Assembly: GCA_009103225.1 (NCBI GenBank)
Contig: RHPI01003009.1
Location: forward strand, 369,004 to 433,003
Reading direction: 5' to 3'
DNA length: 64,000 bases
Origin: Chlorokybus atmophyticus
Lineage: Eukaryota; Plantae; Mesostigma and Chlorokybus algae
Shown here: positions 10,633-22,176 of the stretch, in pieces
How positions within the stretch are numbered: the stretch's first letter is position 1
Layout: each line of letters begins with the position of its first letter
Program-made: the position numbers and the translations under genes
The notes under the pieces: generated by a model
What the model saw: only the letters and a program-made list of their open reading frames with translations
The model's database searches: none
What the model was told of the DNA's origin: nothing

Positions 10633-12805
10633 CTACAAACTAGGCCGGCAATCTTGTCTGTGCCTAGGCCAATGCTGGCGCTCGCATTCAACACCACAGT
10701 AGTACGATGCTTTGCACCGGCTGCACCGTAATCTTGCTCTCGGTTTGCTGCACCCCGCGCACTGACGAGTTGGAGACCGCGGGCCGGAGCTATCTGCTGC
10801 TTCAGCAGCGGTTGCGGTTGTGCTGGCTTGGCTTAATGCCGACGGCGCAGCATCTGAGGTGTGCCCACTACCGCTGGTGCCTGTGCCAGCGGGGTGTGGA
10901 GGATCAAGTGAAGAAGCATTTGAACTTGATGGAGCCGGTGCGTTAGATGTTGCTAATGATGGGGCAAAGCTAGAGCCGTCACCGCTACTGCCGCCACCAT
11001 CGGTTCTTCTGCTAGAGTTGCTATTGGAGTCTGTGGAAGGGTTCAGCTCGTAGCGGCATGTTGGACATGTGGCGCGCACTCGCAGCCACTGATCCAGGCA
11101 TTGCACATGGAACATGTGGTCACAGGGCAACTTCTTCCCCCGTTGCCCGCTCACGAAGTCCTCCTAGCATGAGGGACACACAGTCAGTACAAGCAGGAAC
11201 AACCTCGACAAGTGTTATGTTAGCTTCTACTAGTCAACGGTGCTGTACCTGGCAGATGCTGCAGGATGAGTAAGCATTGGCCAGGGTGTCCGTGATTTCC
11301 ACGTCAGGCATGCTAGCTATTTGCTGCTCAGAGGCAGGCGGTGCACCTGAGGGTCCCGCCGACTGCTCGAACAGGGTTGCGAGCAGTTGCGAGAACTCCG
11401 GGCCGGACAGCGCGTGATCCAAAAAGTTGCGCATGGACATGGGCCGCACGTTGCGGTGAACGTGGGGAGTGCGGAACTGTGGAGGCGGGCTGGCTGTGCC
11501 ACCACTACCGACATTGGGCATGATGAACAACTCAATGTCGGGTCCCTCGGGGGCTGCCTCAGAAGGGGCTGCAATGGGCTGAGGAATCAACGACTGCAGA
11601 TTGGGGATGAAAAAGGTCCTGTTTTCGCTCGGAACTGGACCACTAGGGGAATGGCTTGGGTGTCGGGATGCCGGTTCTGGGAGTGCCAATGGCATCGGCC
11701 GCGATGGTGTGCGTGTTAGCATGGCTGGTGGAGCGCCTGCTCGCAAATGTCCAGCAGGATGAAACAACACAATTGGCGGCCCGTCTGAACCCGTCGGCCG
11801 CAGCAGCGTGATCCCAAATGTCTGCTGTGCCTGCTGCGGCTGCTGCTGCTGTTGTGGCTGTGGCTCAGAGTCCGTGTTATCACTAGACCCATCCGTTGTC
11901 TCTGTTGCTGGTCTTGTATGCTGCAAGCGAGACAAGAGTCAGCCAACACCTCATATTGCATGCAACAATGCCAAAGCGACACACCACTGAGGCTATAAAG
12001 CTGACTACCTAAAGTCATCGGCAAACTATACCGTAGTGGTTGTTCGAGAAAGGGAGGCTGCCCGGCGGCTGTGGTTCACGCTCGCGTATGCATGACTTTG
12101 CCTCTGGCTGCTGTCGGCGAGTCTTTGCACCATGTCCTGGATCTGGTCCAACCTGCGCAGATCACATACACTTACCATCAGCTTTTGTTACAAGTCTGTA
12201 ATGTGGCGCGCTTGCTTGCGCTAACACGCACAATGCTTTTGGAAGTGCAACAGTGTCCGCACCACGAGCTGCCATCATGGAGCTGCGTGCTCAACAATGG
12301 CAACAATTGACTCACAACCAGTGACCTACCTGCGGTTCTGGCGCTGCTGGTTGTCCAGGACCTGTTGCAACATGCTAGCTACAGACTGAGAGTTGGTGGT
12401 GGTGCTGGCGCTCCCCGAGGAATGCTGAGACTCGGCAGCCGGCCGCCTCTCTTGCGCATCAACTAGCCTATGTAGCAATGCTCGAATCTCCACCAAGTGG
12501 CCGTCGAGCTGGGGCCATCCAGCCGGAACAGCGGGCTGCTGTGAAGCAGCAGCTGGTGGTGGTGGAGGTGGAGGGCTGTACATGGGAGGCATGTACATGG
12601 GAGGGTATGCTTGTGGCATTGCGTAACCGTACTGGTATGCCGGCACGCTGCCTGTTGGACCTGCCGTCAATGGTGCTGTCGGAACCGCTGAGGGCAAGCT
12701 TGGCACGAACATCCAGGTTCCTGGCACCGCTGAGTGCTGCATGCCTGCTTGCTGCGGGAGGTGGGCTTGCTCGCCGCCTTCGCCTCTGTGGGTTCCATTC
12801 GTCAT
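10633..12805 (-). CDS. RING-H2 (E3 ligase-type) plus C-terminal MYND zinc-finger protein, multi-exon
   Basis: Spliced RING-H2 CSICQ|EDF...LPCDHMFHVQCLDQWL...CPTCR and MYND CAGC...CSRC...YYCGVEC...HWPRHRQDC. In-frame upstream exons (12326-12805, ~12030-12150, ~11250-11925) have GT/AG borders. Start codon uncertain. Confidence 0.85.
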
Positions 12806-13899
12806 TGTAGCGTGTGCTTGATGCCAACCACTGTTGGCTCTGTTCCACACCAGAAAACCTGCAAAATTATGCCAACCGTTCAGCACGCCACTGACAGTGC
12901 ATAACACTCATGCATGCAACGGATCTGATCAACATCAGTGCTAGACCATGGAGTGCGAAGCCATGCACAGATCAGCAACCAGTAAATGTGTCTCGCAGCG
13001 TCAACCTGGACTGGCAACACCAAGTCAGCTTGGGCATCAATGTTGTAGACATGTTGAGCCAAATGACACAACATGACGAGCAACATCAATCGCATGCTGC
13101 AGTGCTTCTTTTGGGATAGGAGGAACGAAGGGGAGAGAAGGCATTGTGGTGCATGTACTTGTGCATGTGCATGTGCGTGTTCCTTGTGCTTGTGAACTGA
13201 GCGTATGCTCGGAGGCTGCNNNNNNNNNNNNNNNNNNNNNNNNNNNNNNNNNNNNNNNNNNNNNNNNNNNNNNNNNNNNNNNNNNNNNNNNNNNNNNNNN
13301 NNNNNNNNNNNNNNNNNNNNNNNNNNNNNNNNNNNNNNNNNNNNNNNNNNNNNNNNNNNNNNNNNNNNNNNNNNNNNNNNNNNNNNNNNNNNNNNNNNNN
13401 NNNNNNNNNNNNNNNNNNNNNNNNNNNNNGGGGGGGGTAAAATAGAACAGCCTGCAGAGGTCATCACAATAACAACAATTGGCTCCTGGCAACCACGTCT
13501 ATGCTAACTGTGTGCGTGATGGCAATTGTCAATGTGATGGCGATCAGGACAAAACTTACGGAACAGACAAGGTGCATGCGATAAGCAACGTGATGTCAAC
13601 TCGCACTGCACGGGTCACACCAACTCAAGCAGTGCACTCAATTGATATAAAAGCACGACATTAGCACTTGCAGCGCACAAGCAGCAGGATACCCTGCGCT
13701 CATCAAGTGACATGACATTTTAGCTGTCTGTTGAGGCTGTTAAAAGCTGTGAACCAATACTCCAACAGCCTCACTGCTGAGACCTTCATTCAACTTGTTC
13801 TGTTGTAGAAGCTGGCTGATCTGGCTGCAATTGGCAGAGTGAGGCGGTGAGATCGCATTCAACACCACTGGGACCTTGCAACGTTAACTTGTTCCGTGG

Positions 13900-14560
13900 T
13901 TGCAAGGCACTGGCGCTCAACTGATTAACTCCCATCAGCAATCAACACACAACAGGCTGTGGCAGACACCAACACAGCACAACAGCGTGCTGTGTTGGTG
14001 TCTGCCACAGCCTGTGCTCAAGGACGCTTCATCAATTCTGCCGAAAGCTCAGCAGCTCACCTGGCAAGAAGTCGTCACCAACAGGCACAACTGCACTCCA
14101 CCAGCAAGCTCAACTACACCACTAGGCTTCACTTCAACTCTCTTATCAACCCGCTCACGCAGCGTAACCAAGCAGCTGACTAACTGGATGTGCCTGCTGC
14201 TCTCCCGCAACCGCCTTCGCTAGCGCCGCCCTACCACCAGCACGCAGAGAGACGTCTAGAACAACCCGTGCGCTAGCTGCTGGACATCCGCAGCCGTCTC
14301 GCTGATATCAACGCTTAGAACCCCGATAGCGACCAGACTGGAGGGGCTTTCCGGAAGCTTCCGATACGCTGCGGTCAGCATCACTGTTCTAGTTGGCTCG
14401 CAATCATTGAGCCCTTGTGACACCGTGGACAAGCGGCTTGTCCACGGTGTCGGCCTGTTGATTTGGCCCGAGAAGATGTTGCCGTCAACTTCCGAGCGGG
14501 GTTTGTGGTCGTGCGAAGCTGCTGATGTGGCCAAGCGAGCGTAGGCGGGGGGCATCGCTG
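13900..14560 (+). pseudogene. Possible decayed coding relic containing two perfect hairpins
   Basis: One frame reads ...NPLTQRNQAAD*LDVPAALP...PVR*LLDIRSRLADINA*NPDSD..., protein-like with in-frame TAA/TAG; no family recognised. Confidence 0.25.
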
Positions 14561-15642
14561 ACAAGATCCACGTTATAAGGCAGTCATAACATTAATTTTG
14601 TTGGGTGTGTGGGAGGAGGGAGAGCTACCCCTGAGTCCGTACAGACCCACATGTGCACTGGCTTAGGGCACAGTCCTTGCAGTATAAACGCCTTATGATG
14701 TAAGTCATGTGCACCCACCCGAGGAAACTTAAATTGGAGTCAATGATAATATGTATCATCAAGTATAGATGATGTATCGCACTCGGCACACAGCTCATGT
14801 GGGCAGGTAACGGACTTGAAACAATGCACGACCAACGGGGTGGAGTAGTGCAAGTGATCGCGTAAGTGCTTAACCCAATAATTGGATATGTGAAACCAAT
14901 GTGCGCGTGTGAGCATAATGGTTGCACGAGAATCACCATGATGACCGCTGTGTGAGCATGGCTACCATGTGTTATTGATGATTGCGAACTGCATGGGTGC
15001 AATAATATCTTTCATATTTGGATTGAACCATTCTGAATACACATTGCGCATTTCATGGCAACATTGTAATTTCCTAAATGAAGCAGTATTTTAAGGCTAC
15101 TTAAGTGAATCGTCCCTTTTTTCTCACCGCAAGGAGGATGGGTAACACTGCATTCAAGCCACGGCTTTTACTCAGCATGCTGAAAGCAATGTTCATCATG
15201 TAGGTTGCTAAGTTTTGTCCTTTAAAGAGTAATTTGCTAAGCATGTGCGTGTACTTACAATACTACATTGCATGCACATAGTTTTAATGGAAAAAATGGT
15301 CTTTGCCCACATCATGTTTTTGCATACAATGTTAACAATGTTGACAGAGTGTCTAGCAATAGCAATGAGTGCATTCTTGTTATGTTCATATCTTGTTTAC
15401 TAATTACCTTGCGCGAATCGCTGAGATATGATCTACCCGTTGCAATGAATTAACTACCATCTAATGCAACCTTCGTAACGATAACATCAACATCATTAAC
15501 AGCAATGTCATCGTTAGCAAGTCAGATAGCGTTCCAATATTAACTACAAACTCACATTATCAATAAACCATAACCACTTGTTGCAACACACACATTATGG
15601 CAAGCAAGAAATGTACCTGAGTGGCTAGGATAGTAAGATCAG

Positions 15643-17253
15643 CTACCCGCGGCTATCAAACTGGCTTGAATCAAACACCTCATCATCACCACCATGTTGC
15701 AATCGTCTCCTGAAGGTGCGACTGCTTGCTCGCCTTCTCTCCCGCTCATCCCCAGGCGTCTTGTGCTCTGCATCACCACCGTTGCTGCTTACCCCAGACT
15801 GCTGCTGCTCATCTCGGCGTGACTGCTGCTTCTGCTCCCTCCAGCTGTTACTCCTCTCCCGTGAAGACACCTCCTCCACTGGAGGCTCAGGCAGCCCGGA
15901 CAACTTTCGTGCCTCCTTTTGGAAGTCTTGTATCAACTCTTTCGTAACCTTTGCTGTAATGCTTCTTACATACCTGAAGGCAGCAAGTAATCAGGCTTGG
16001 CTTGCAATGCACACAGCATGCACATGTGCGCGCACATACACACGCAACAAGACATGCACATATGCTCCCATGCGCACGCGCATGCTAGCAAACTGATATA
16101 TCAACCAGTGCTATGCGTACCCATCTAGAGGAGGCGGTGGCACCAGTGCTGGCTGTAAAGATTGTTCAAGGAGAACTTGGGACACACTGCGGTCATAACC
16201 GGGCACATCGCTTATGCTCCAACTGCCATTGAACTTATTCATAAACCCAGCTTGTTGCAGCCAAAACTTCAACGTGTAATTTGTCTTGTCCTGATCGACA
16301 AGAAGCTTGACATCAAAGGTGCCTGCGTGTTGAAAGCACACAATTGTTTAGGCAACACACACAGGATTCCCCATCAAAGCTACACTGCCATGTAACCCAC
16401 ACAACCAAATCAACAAGAAGCGCTCATCAACACACGCTCACCACTGAATACGAGAAACTTCCAGCGTGCAACCTGGCTGATTTCGTACACTTCATGATCG
16501 GGACCTTTCTTCTCAAGCAACCTTCGGTATTTCACTCCAACAATGTTCTTGAACACTTGGCGGTTATTCGGGTCAACAAGGATTTCAAAGACTTTATCCT
16601 GTGGAGGCACGGCAGCACTCACTACCATATTGCCGTGGGATGCTGTGCAGAACAATGTGTGCATTGGAATCTCGTACCTTGTCAAGTGCAACATGGAAGT
16701 CAGCCTCCACATGAGCGAAAGTCCCCTTTGAGTGCGACACCTAAGTAGTCAGAACCAAAGAGCATGTAAGCAACCAGTGCGTGTGCCCAGGGCGTGCTTC
16801 TTGTCCTTGGTTGTAATGCGTTATACGTCCATGAAAGCAACAGTCTATATGCAGAGGTGCTATAAAACACATTGATCCTGAGGACGAGATCGGTGTTTCT
16901 TATCCCTTTGTCGCGACACAACCTAAAAACCTCAGTTCACACAACATCAAAGGTAGTGTTTGCATGCCGGTGTGCATAGCATGCACATTGACAGTTACAT
17001 GTATTTTAGCGGAGGGGAGCTTCGCGGCACTCTTGCGCTGCTGCTGCTGTTGTTGTGCAGCAGAGCCAGCGGAGGCAGCGGAGGCAGCGGAAGCGGGAGC
17101 TGAAGCCGACGCGGAGAAACCAGGAACCTCGCTTGAGCTGTGCTCTGCCTGCCTAGGCAGCTGCTCGCTAGGCGTCACCCTGCTGGCGCCACCCCCACGC
17201 GTCCATGAAGCCGCCGCAGACTTGAGCGTGCTAAAGAAGTCTGCTGCTGACAT
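15643..17253 (-). CDS. SRPBCC/START-like (polyketide cyclase/dehydrase-lipid transport fold) protein, multi-exon
   Basis: Spliced ...FAHVEADFHVALDK|DKVFEILVDPNNRQVFKNI...ARWKFLVFSG|TFDVKLLVDQD...GFMNKFNGSWSI...LEQSLQPALVPPPPLDG|YVRSITAKVTKELIQDFQKEA, typical of plant/algal SRPBCC proteins as I recall them. Confidence 0.75.
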
Positions 17254-17811
17254 GCTACTACTAAGCAAGCAAGCACTGCTTGAAGCTGAACTGAGCCAAC
17301 AACCACTGGACAACTTGGCCTACAACTGCACTTGACGGCTTATTGAAACCAAGCCTACAACTTGTGTTCTCACCAAACAACCAGCTTCAAACAGCTAACA
17401 AGTAACTACGATGAGGCTCAAGCACACTGACCACACGAACAACAACGGTGAGCACGACGAACAGGACAGCAACAGCGACAGGGACAGCAGCTGCAACTAT
17501 TCTCACCACACCAGTCACCGCACGACAACCGTGCAGAGTTGTGCAGGCTGCTCTGAGAGATCAAAGCTTCCGTTGTCAACTCATCTGTAGGCTACACGTA
17601 GGACAGCAAGATAGCAGTGACTCAGCTCAAACAGAAGCGGCGCGTAAAATTTCGCGACGAATATCGGCTTTGCTTGAGATCGCTGATATATCAGATGAAT
17701 TTGACATCCAACCCGCCTGCGATATCGTTATCAAAACCTTTGCGTTAACCTGACCGCAGTTAGCAAGCAACTTGCTGACAGTCAGTTAACTGGATGAAAG
17801 GCTCAGGCGTC

Positions 17812-17820
17812 AAACCCTAG
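17812..17820 (+). promoter_or_regulatory. Telo-box-like motif in the divergent SRPBCC/ClpR1 intergenic region
   Basis: aaaccctag about 100 bp upstream of the ClpR1 ATG, next to a GGC-repeat tract. Confidence 0.45.
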
Positions 17821-17919
17821 CCCGGCGCTGAAGTTGCTGGTGAGGTGGCCGGCGGCGGCGGTGGGGATTGGAGGGAAGTGGCTTGTGAGCGAGCTATCTA
17901 GCTAGCTTGCTTGCTTGCC

Positions 17920-20114
17920 ATGGCGGTGATGGCTGGTGCATCCGCCGCTGCGGTTGCAGGCAGCCTGCGCACAAGCAACAGGGAGGAGAGGCTGAGGCTG
18001 AGGTCTGGGAAGCAGAGCCGTGCTGCGGGGTCAGCATCGTCATCTGTGCGATGCACGCCCGGCATGGCTGGCCGGCGTGCCAGCTCGATGGCGGTGCGCA
18101 TGGGCCTTAAGCCGCTGGTGCCGGAGGAGTTCTTGTACGACAATCTTAACGAAACACGTACGTGGAATTGCACTGCATTTCAGTGTAAAGCTATTGTCAA
18201 ATTGCCTTAGGAGAACGCGCTTGGTATTGGAGAGTGTACCGCAGCGAGTTTGTGTTTGTATCAAAAGGTTGTGTCAGGTTTACAGTGTTTACACGTTTCT
18301 TGAAGTCATCCGGCTTTTTCGTGCATGTCGCAGCCAACGTGATGAGCGATGACGCAACCGATCTGTGTCGTTGTCGTCGTCGTAATTAGCTATTGTGCAT
18401 GGATGTGATGGATGTTTGCACAAACCAATTGGCGTGTAGTATGTGTTGCATGTAGTCAGGATGTGCGTAGACCAGTTGCGTGCATGCTGCTATGGTTTCC
18501 TTCGTAAGCAGCCTTGTTTCAGCCTATGGCAATTGCTGGTGGAGTAAGACCAGAAGAGTTGACAAGTTGCTCTTTTTGCCTTTATGCGTCAGGCCCACCA
18601 TTCGCACATCGTATGCTGCGTGAATGATCTGTGTTTCTGCAGAAAAGCAGAATTATGACAACCTTCCCACATATCTCGGAGGTTCTCCAAGGTTTCCGCA
18701 GCCACAGAGCTACGTTGAGGAGTCGCCTGGCAGTGCAGAAGCAGCGCTGGAACCCCACGTGCCTTCCAGCTTGTATGGACTTACCTCCAAGCAAATACAG
18801 ATGTTCGGACTTGACCCGCATGCAGATAACTTCAGGCAACCCGCAATTAAGGTACTGTTGTTGCCTCTGTGCGCGAAATTGCTCTGCGAATTGTTGTAGC
18901 ATGGTGTGTTGGTGTCGCCGGGCATCTGCAGTCATGCTGACTGTTTCATACATACCATGCAGCCCGAGATGCTCGGCATCAAGGCGAACATGAGGCGCAC
19001 AATCCCACCCATCATCAGTGGTGGCCCTGTCCCAGTGTATGCTGGCTACAGCACAGCTGGTGGCTCGCGGCGCAGCGGCGGCTCAAACGGCGCTGGACCT
19101 CCTCCGGACTTGCCATCGCTGCTGTTGAATGCGCGCATTCTTTACATCGGTATGCCCCTTGTGCCAGCTGTGACAGAGTTGTTGGTGGCGCAGTTGCTGT
19201 GGCTGCAGTACGAGTCTAGGGACAAGCCTATCTATGTGTACATCAACTCTCCCGGCACACAGGTGAATATGCATAGATGGTTGCATGGTCGTTGGGGCTG
19301 CCACTGATTCACAGTGAGTTGAGGCTGTTCTGTCGCTGGCAGACTGAGGACAAGAAGAGTGTTGCCTTCGAAACCGAAGCCTTTGCTGTTGCGGACTCAT
19401 TGCTGGTATGACACTGCATGCGGTTGTTGTTTGCTATGGCTGCACTCTTTCAGGCTTGCATGTTCTGTGCACTTCTTGGTAGTAACTCTGATGCCCATTT
19501 GGTGCACAGTTTATGTCATGTCCCGTCCATACCATCAATGTCAACAAGGCAATTGGACAAGCAGCGCTGTTGCTGGCTTGTGGCAGCAAGGGCTGCCGGC
19601 ACTCGCAGCCGAATGCCAAGATTGTGCTTGAGCCGCCCAGGTTGAATGCAACTCAAGGGCCTGCTGCAGATCTGGTTATCAAGGTGAGACTGGCATAATG
19701 CCAGCATGCAGCCAATCATATGCATGCGCACGCATACACGCACATTGTGGGCGTTGTATCGACATCCTGGATGTTGAAATATGCTTGTCACACGCGATGC
19801 AATTGTACTTCATCATTGTTGCGACATTGCGGCACTAACAAGGAGCTTTGCATTGGTAGGCTGCTGAATTGGAGGAGAACTTCATCAGCTATGTCAACAT
19901 CCTTGCCTACAAGACGGGAAGGAAGCCGATTGATGTGCGTGATTATGTCAGCGAGCGCCGCCACTTGACCCCTGAGATTGCCATTGAGTATGGCCTCATT
20001 GATCACGTCCTCAAGGAGAAGGATCTGCGGCTTGTGGAGCGCCAAGACTACGAGCGGCAGATGCTTGTCAATCAGTCGCAGCAGCGCGCCTTGGAGGCCC
20101 AAGGTTTCTCATAA
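17920..20114 (+). CDS. clpR1: Plastid Clp protease non-proteolytic subunit ClpR (ClpR1-like), multi-exon
   Basis: Transit-peptide-like N-terminus; PPDLPSLLLNARILYIGMPLVPAVTELLVAQLLWLQY...INSPGTQ, FETEAFAVAD, AIGQAALLLACGSKG, IEYGLIDHV...ERQDY. No catalytic Ser motif. Confidence 0.9.
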
Positions 20115-20479
20115 GCCAGAGAGTTGGACCAGTAGGTTTTTACTCTGTGCTCGTGCAACAGCCTGTGTGTTGTGACGGGTTGTGTACAATGTTTAACGCT
20201 GTATGTTGCTGCGCAGTACAAGTGGGTGTGGCACTGTGATTCAGCAGTTGTGTTGTCATATTATGCTTAGCGCACAGTGTGGTATTTGGTTCAAAGCTTT
20301 TTATTACAGAAGTGAGCTGCTTGTTGCAACTGGTTACTGTACTTGGTTGCTCCAAGCCCTTATTGAGGACAGGCTGAATAATCGTTTCTTTGTGCATAGG
20401 TTGTCAGTAGTACTGAGTTGTCTCTTGTGACAGCGTGAGATTGCAGAACACAGTGCGTACATGTGTGTGCGTACGATAG

Positions 20480-20545
20480 CGAATTACTAGAGCACACAGC
20501 AAATTACTAGAGCTGACTAGAGCACACAGCGAATTACTAGAGCAA
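20480..20545. repeat. Short imperfect tandem repeat (aattactagagc... x3)
   Basis: gcgaattactagagcacacag / caaattactagagctgactagagcacacag / cgaattactagagcaacag. Confidence 0.7.
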
Positions 20546-20637
20546 CAGCTCACATATTGACGCTCGCAGTGTCTCAGTGCAAAATACATTGACCAAAAGC
20601 TGTGATATACGCATGCGCTATGCACATAGCAACTTAC

Positions 20638-20640
<3 letters not shown>

Positions 20641-20676
<36 letters not shown>

Positions 20677-21695
20677 NNNNNNNNNNNNNNNNNNNNNNNN
20701 NNNNNNNNNNNNNNNNNNNNNNNNNNNNNNNNNNNNNNNNNNNNNNNNNNNNNNNNNNNNNNNNNNNNNNNNNNNNNNNNNNNNNNNNNNNNNNNNNNNN
20801 NNNNNNNNNNNNNNNNNNNNNNNNNNNNNNNNNNNNNNNNNNNNNNNNNNNNNNNNNNNNNNNNNNNNNNNNNNNNNNNNNNNNNNNNNNNNNNNNNNNN
20901 NNNNNNNNNNNNNNNNNNNNNNNNNNNNNNNNNNNNNNNNNNNNNNNNNNNNNNNNNNNNNNNNNNNNNNNNNNNNNNNNNNNNNNNNNNNNNNNNNNNN
21001 NNNNNNNNNNNNNNNNNNNNNNNNNNNNNNNNNNNNNNNNNNNNNNNNNNNNNNNNNNNNNNNNNNNNNNNNNNNNNNNNNNNNNNNNNNNNNNNNNNNN
21101 NNNNNNNNNNNNNNNNNNNNNNNNNNNNNNNNNNNNNNNNNNNNNNNNNNNNNNNNNNNNNNNNNNNNNNNNNNNNNNNNNNNNNNNNNNNNNNNNNNNN
21201 NNNNNNNNNNNNNNNNNNNNNNNNNNNNNNNNNNNNNNNNNNNNNNNNNNNNNNNNNNNNNNNNNNNNNNNNNNNNNNNNNNNNNNNNNNNNNNNNNNNN
21301 NNNNNNNNNNNNNNNNNNNNNNNNNNNNNNNNNNNNNNNNNNNNNNNNNNNNNNNNNNNNNNNNNNNNNNNNNNNNNNNNNNNNNNNNNNNNNNNNNNNN
21401 NNNNNNNNNNNNNNNNNNNNNNNNNNNNNNNNNNNNNNNNNNNNNNNNNNNNNNNNNNNNNNNNNNNNNNNNNNNNNNNNNNNNNNNNNNNNNNNNNNNN
21501 NNNNNNNNNNNNNNNNNNNNNNNNNNNNNNNNNNNNNNNNNNNNNNNNNNNNNNNNNNNNNNNNNNNNNNNNNNNNNNNNNNNNNNNNNNNNNNNNNNNN
21601 NNCTCTCTCTCTCGCTCTCTCGCTCGCTCGCTCGCTCGCTCGCTCTCTCTCGCTCTCTCTCGCTCTCGCTCGCTCTCTCGCTCTCTCTCGCTCTA
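20641..21695. repeat. (CT)n and (CTCG)n microsatellite spanning an assembly gap (N 20677-21602)
   Basis: Visible directly on both sides of the gap. Confidence 0.9.
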
Positions 21696-22176
21696 CAAAC
21701 AACTGTTTGTGTATTGAGCTGCCACCATGCCTACACTCACCATGCACACAGCACACCACGCTAGTCTACATTGCGTTGCCTACTGCCGGGCCAACCTGAC
21801 CCCATCCCACCCAACACCACATTGATCATTAAGTTGTTTGTATGGGACACTCTACTCATGCTCGGGCAACCCATCTCTGTACCGAGGATAGGGTGGATTT
21901 GGCTTTCTGCTAGTTGTTTGCTGCGTGTGTTTATCTTTGGTGCGACACTACAACAACCACATGCGACAAAAGCAAGTAAAGTGCATTCTATCATATATAT
22001 AACTGAAGACAGTCTACTCTCTAAGCCAATGTGGCCATAACCATACTACATGCCGTCGGTGGCAACTTGATGCATTGCCCGCTGCTGATCTGCGCAACCT
22101 ATCCGTCTCAACCGAACCGCTGTCACTGTACTTGTACAGCTTTGATGTTCCAGCTGTAGCTAGTGATGAAGACGGT

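Noticed and set aside
8700-14320. Non-standard genetic code (TAA/TAG = Gln, as in some ulvophytes), suggested by in-frame TAR codons in relics
   Set aside because: Conserved host genes end on TAR: DiT2 stops with TAG right after WKFLGLY and ClpR1 with TAA, and intact exons contain no TAR. The stops are better explained as pseudogene mutations.
20404-21764. Long ORFs spanning N-gaps (also 12880-13507, 24610-25731, 36601-37178, 60889-61503)
   Set aside because: Artefacts of N runs and GA/CT microsatellites, which lack stop codons.
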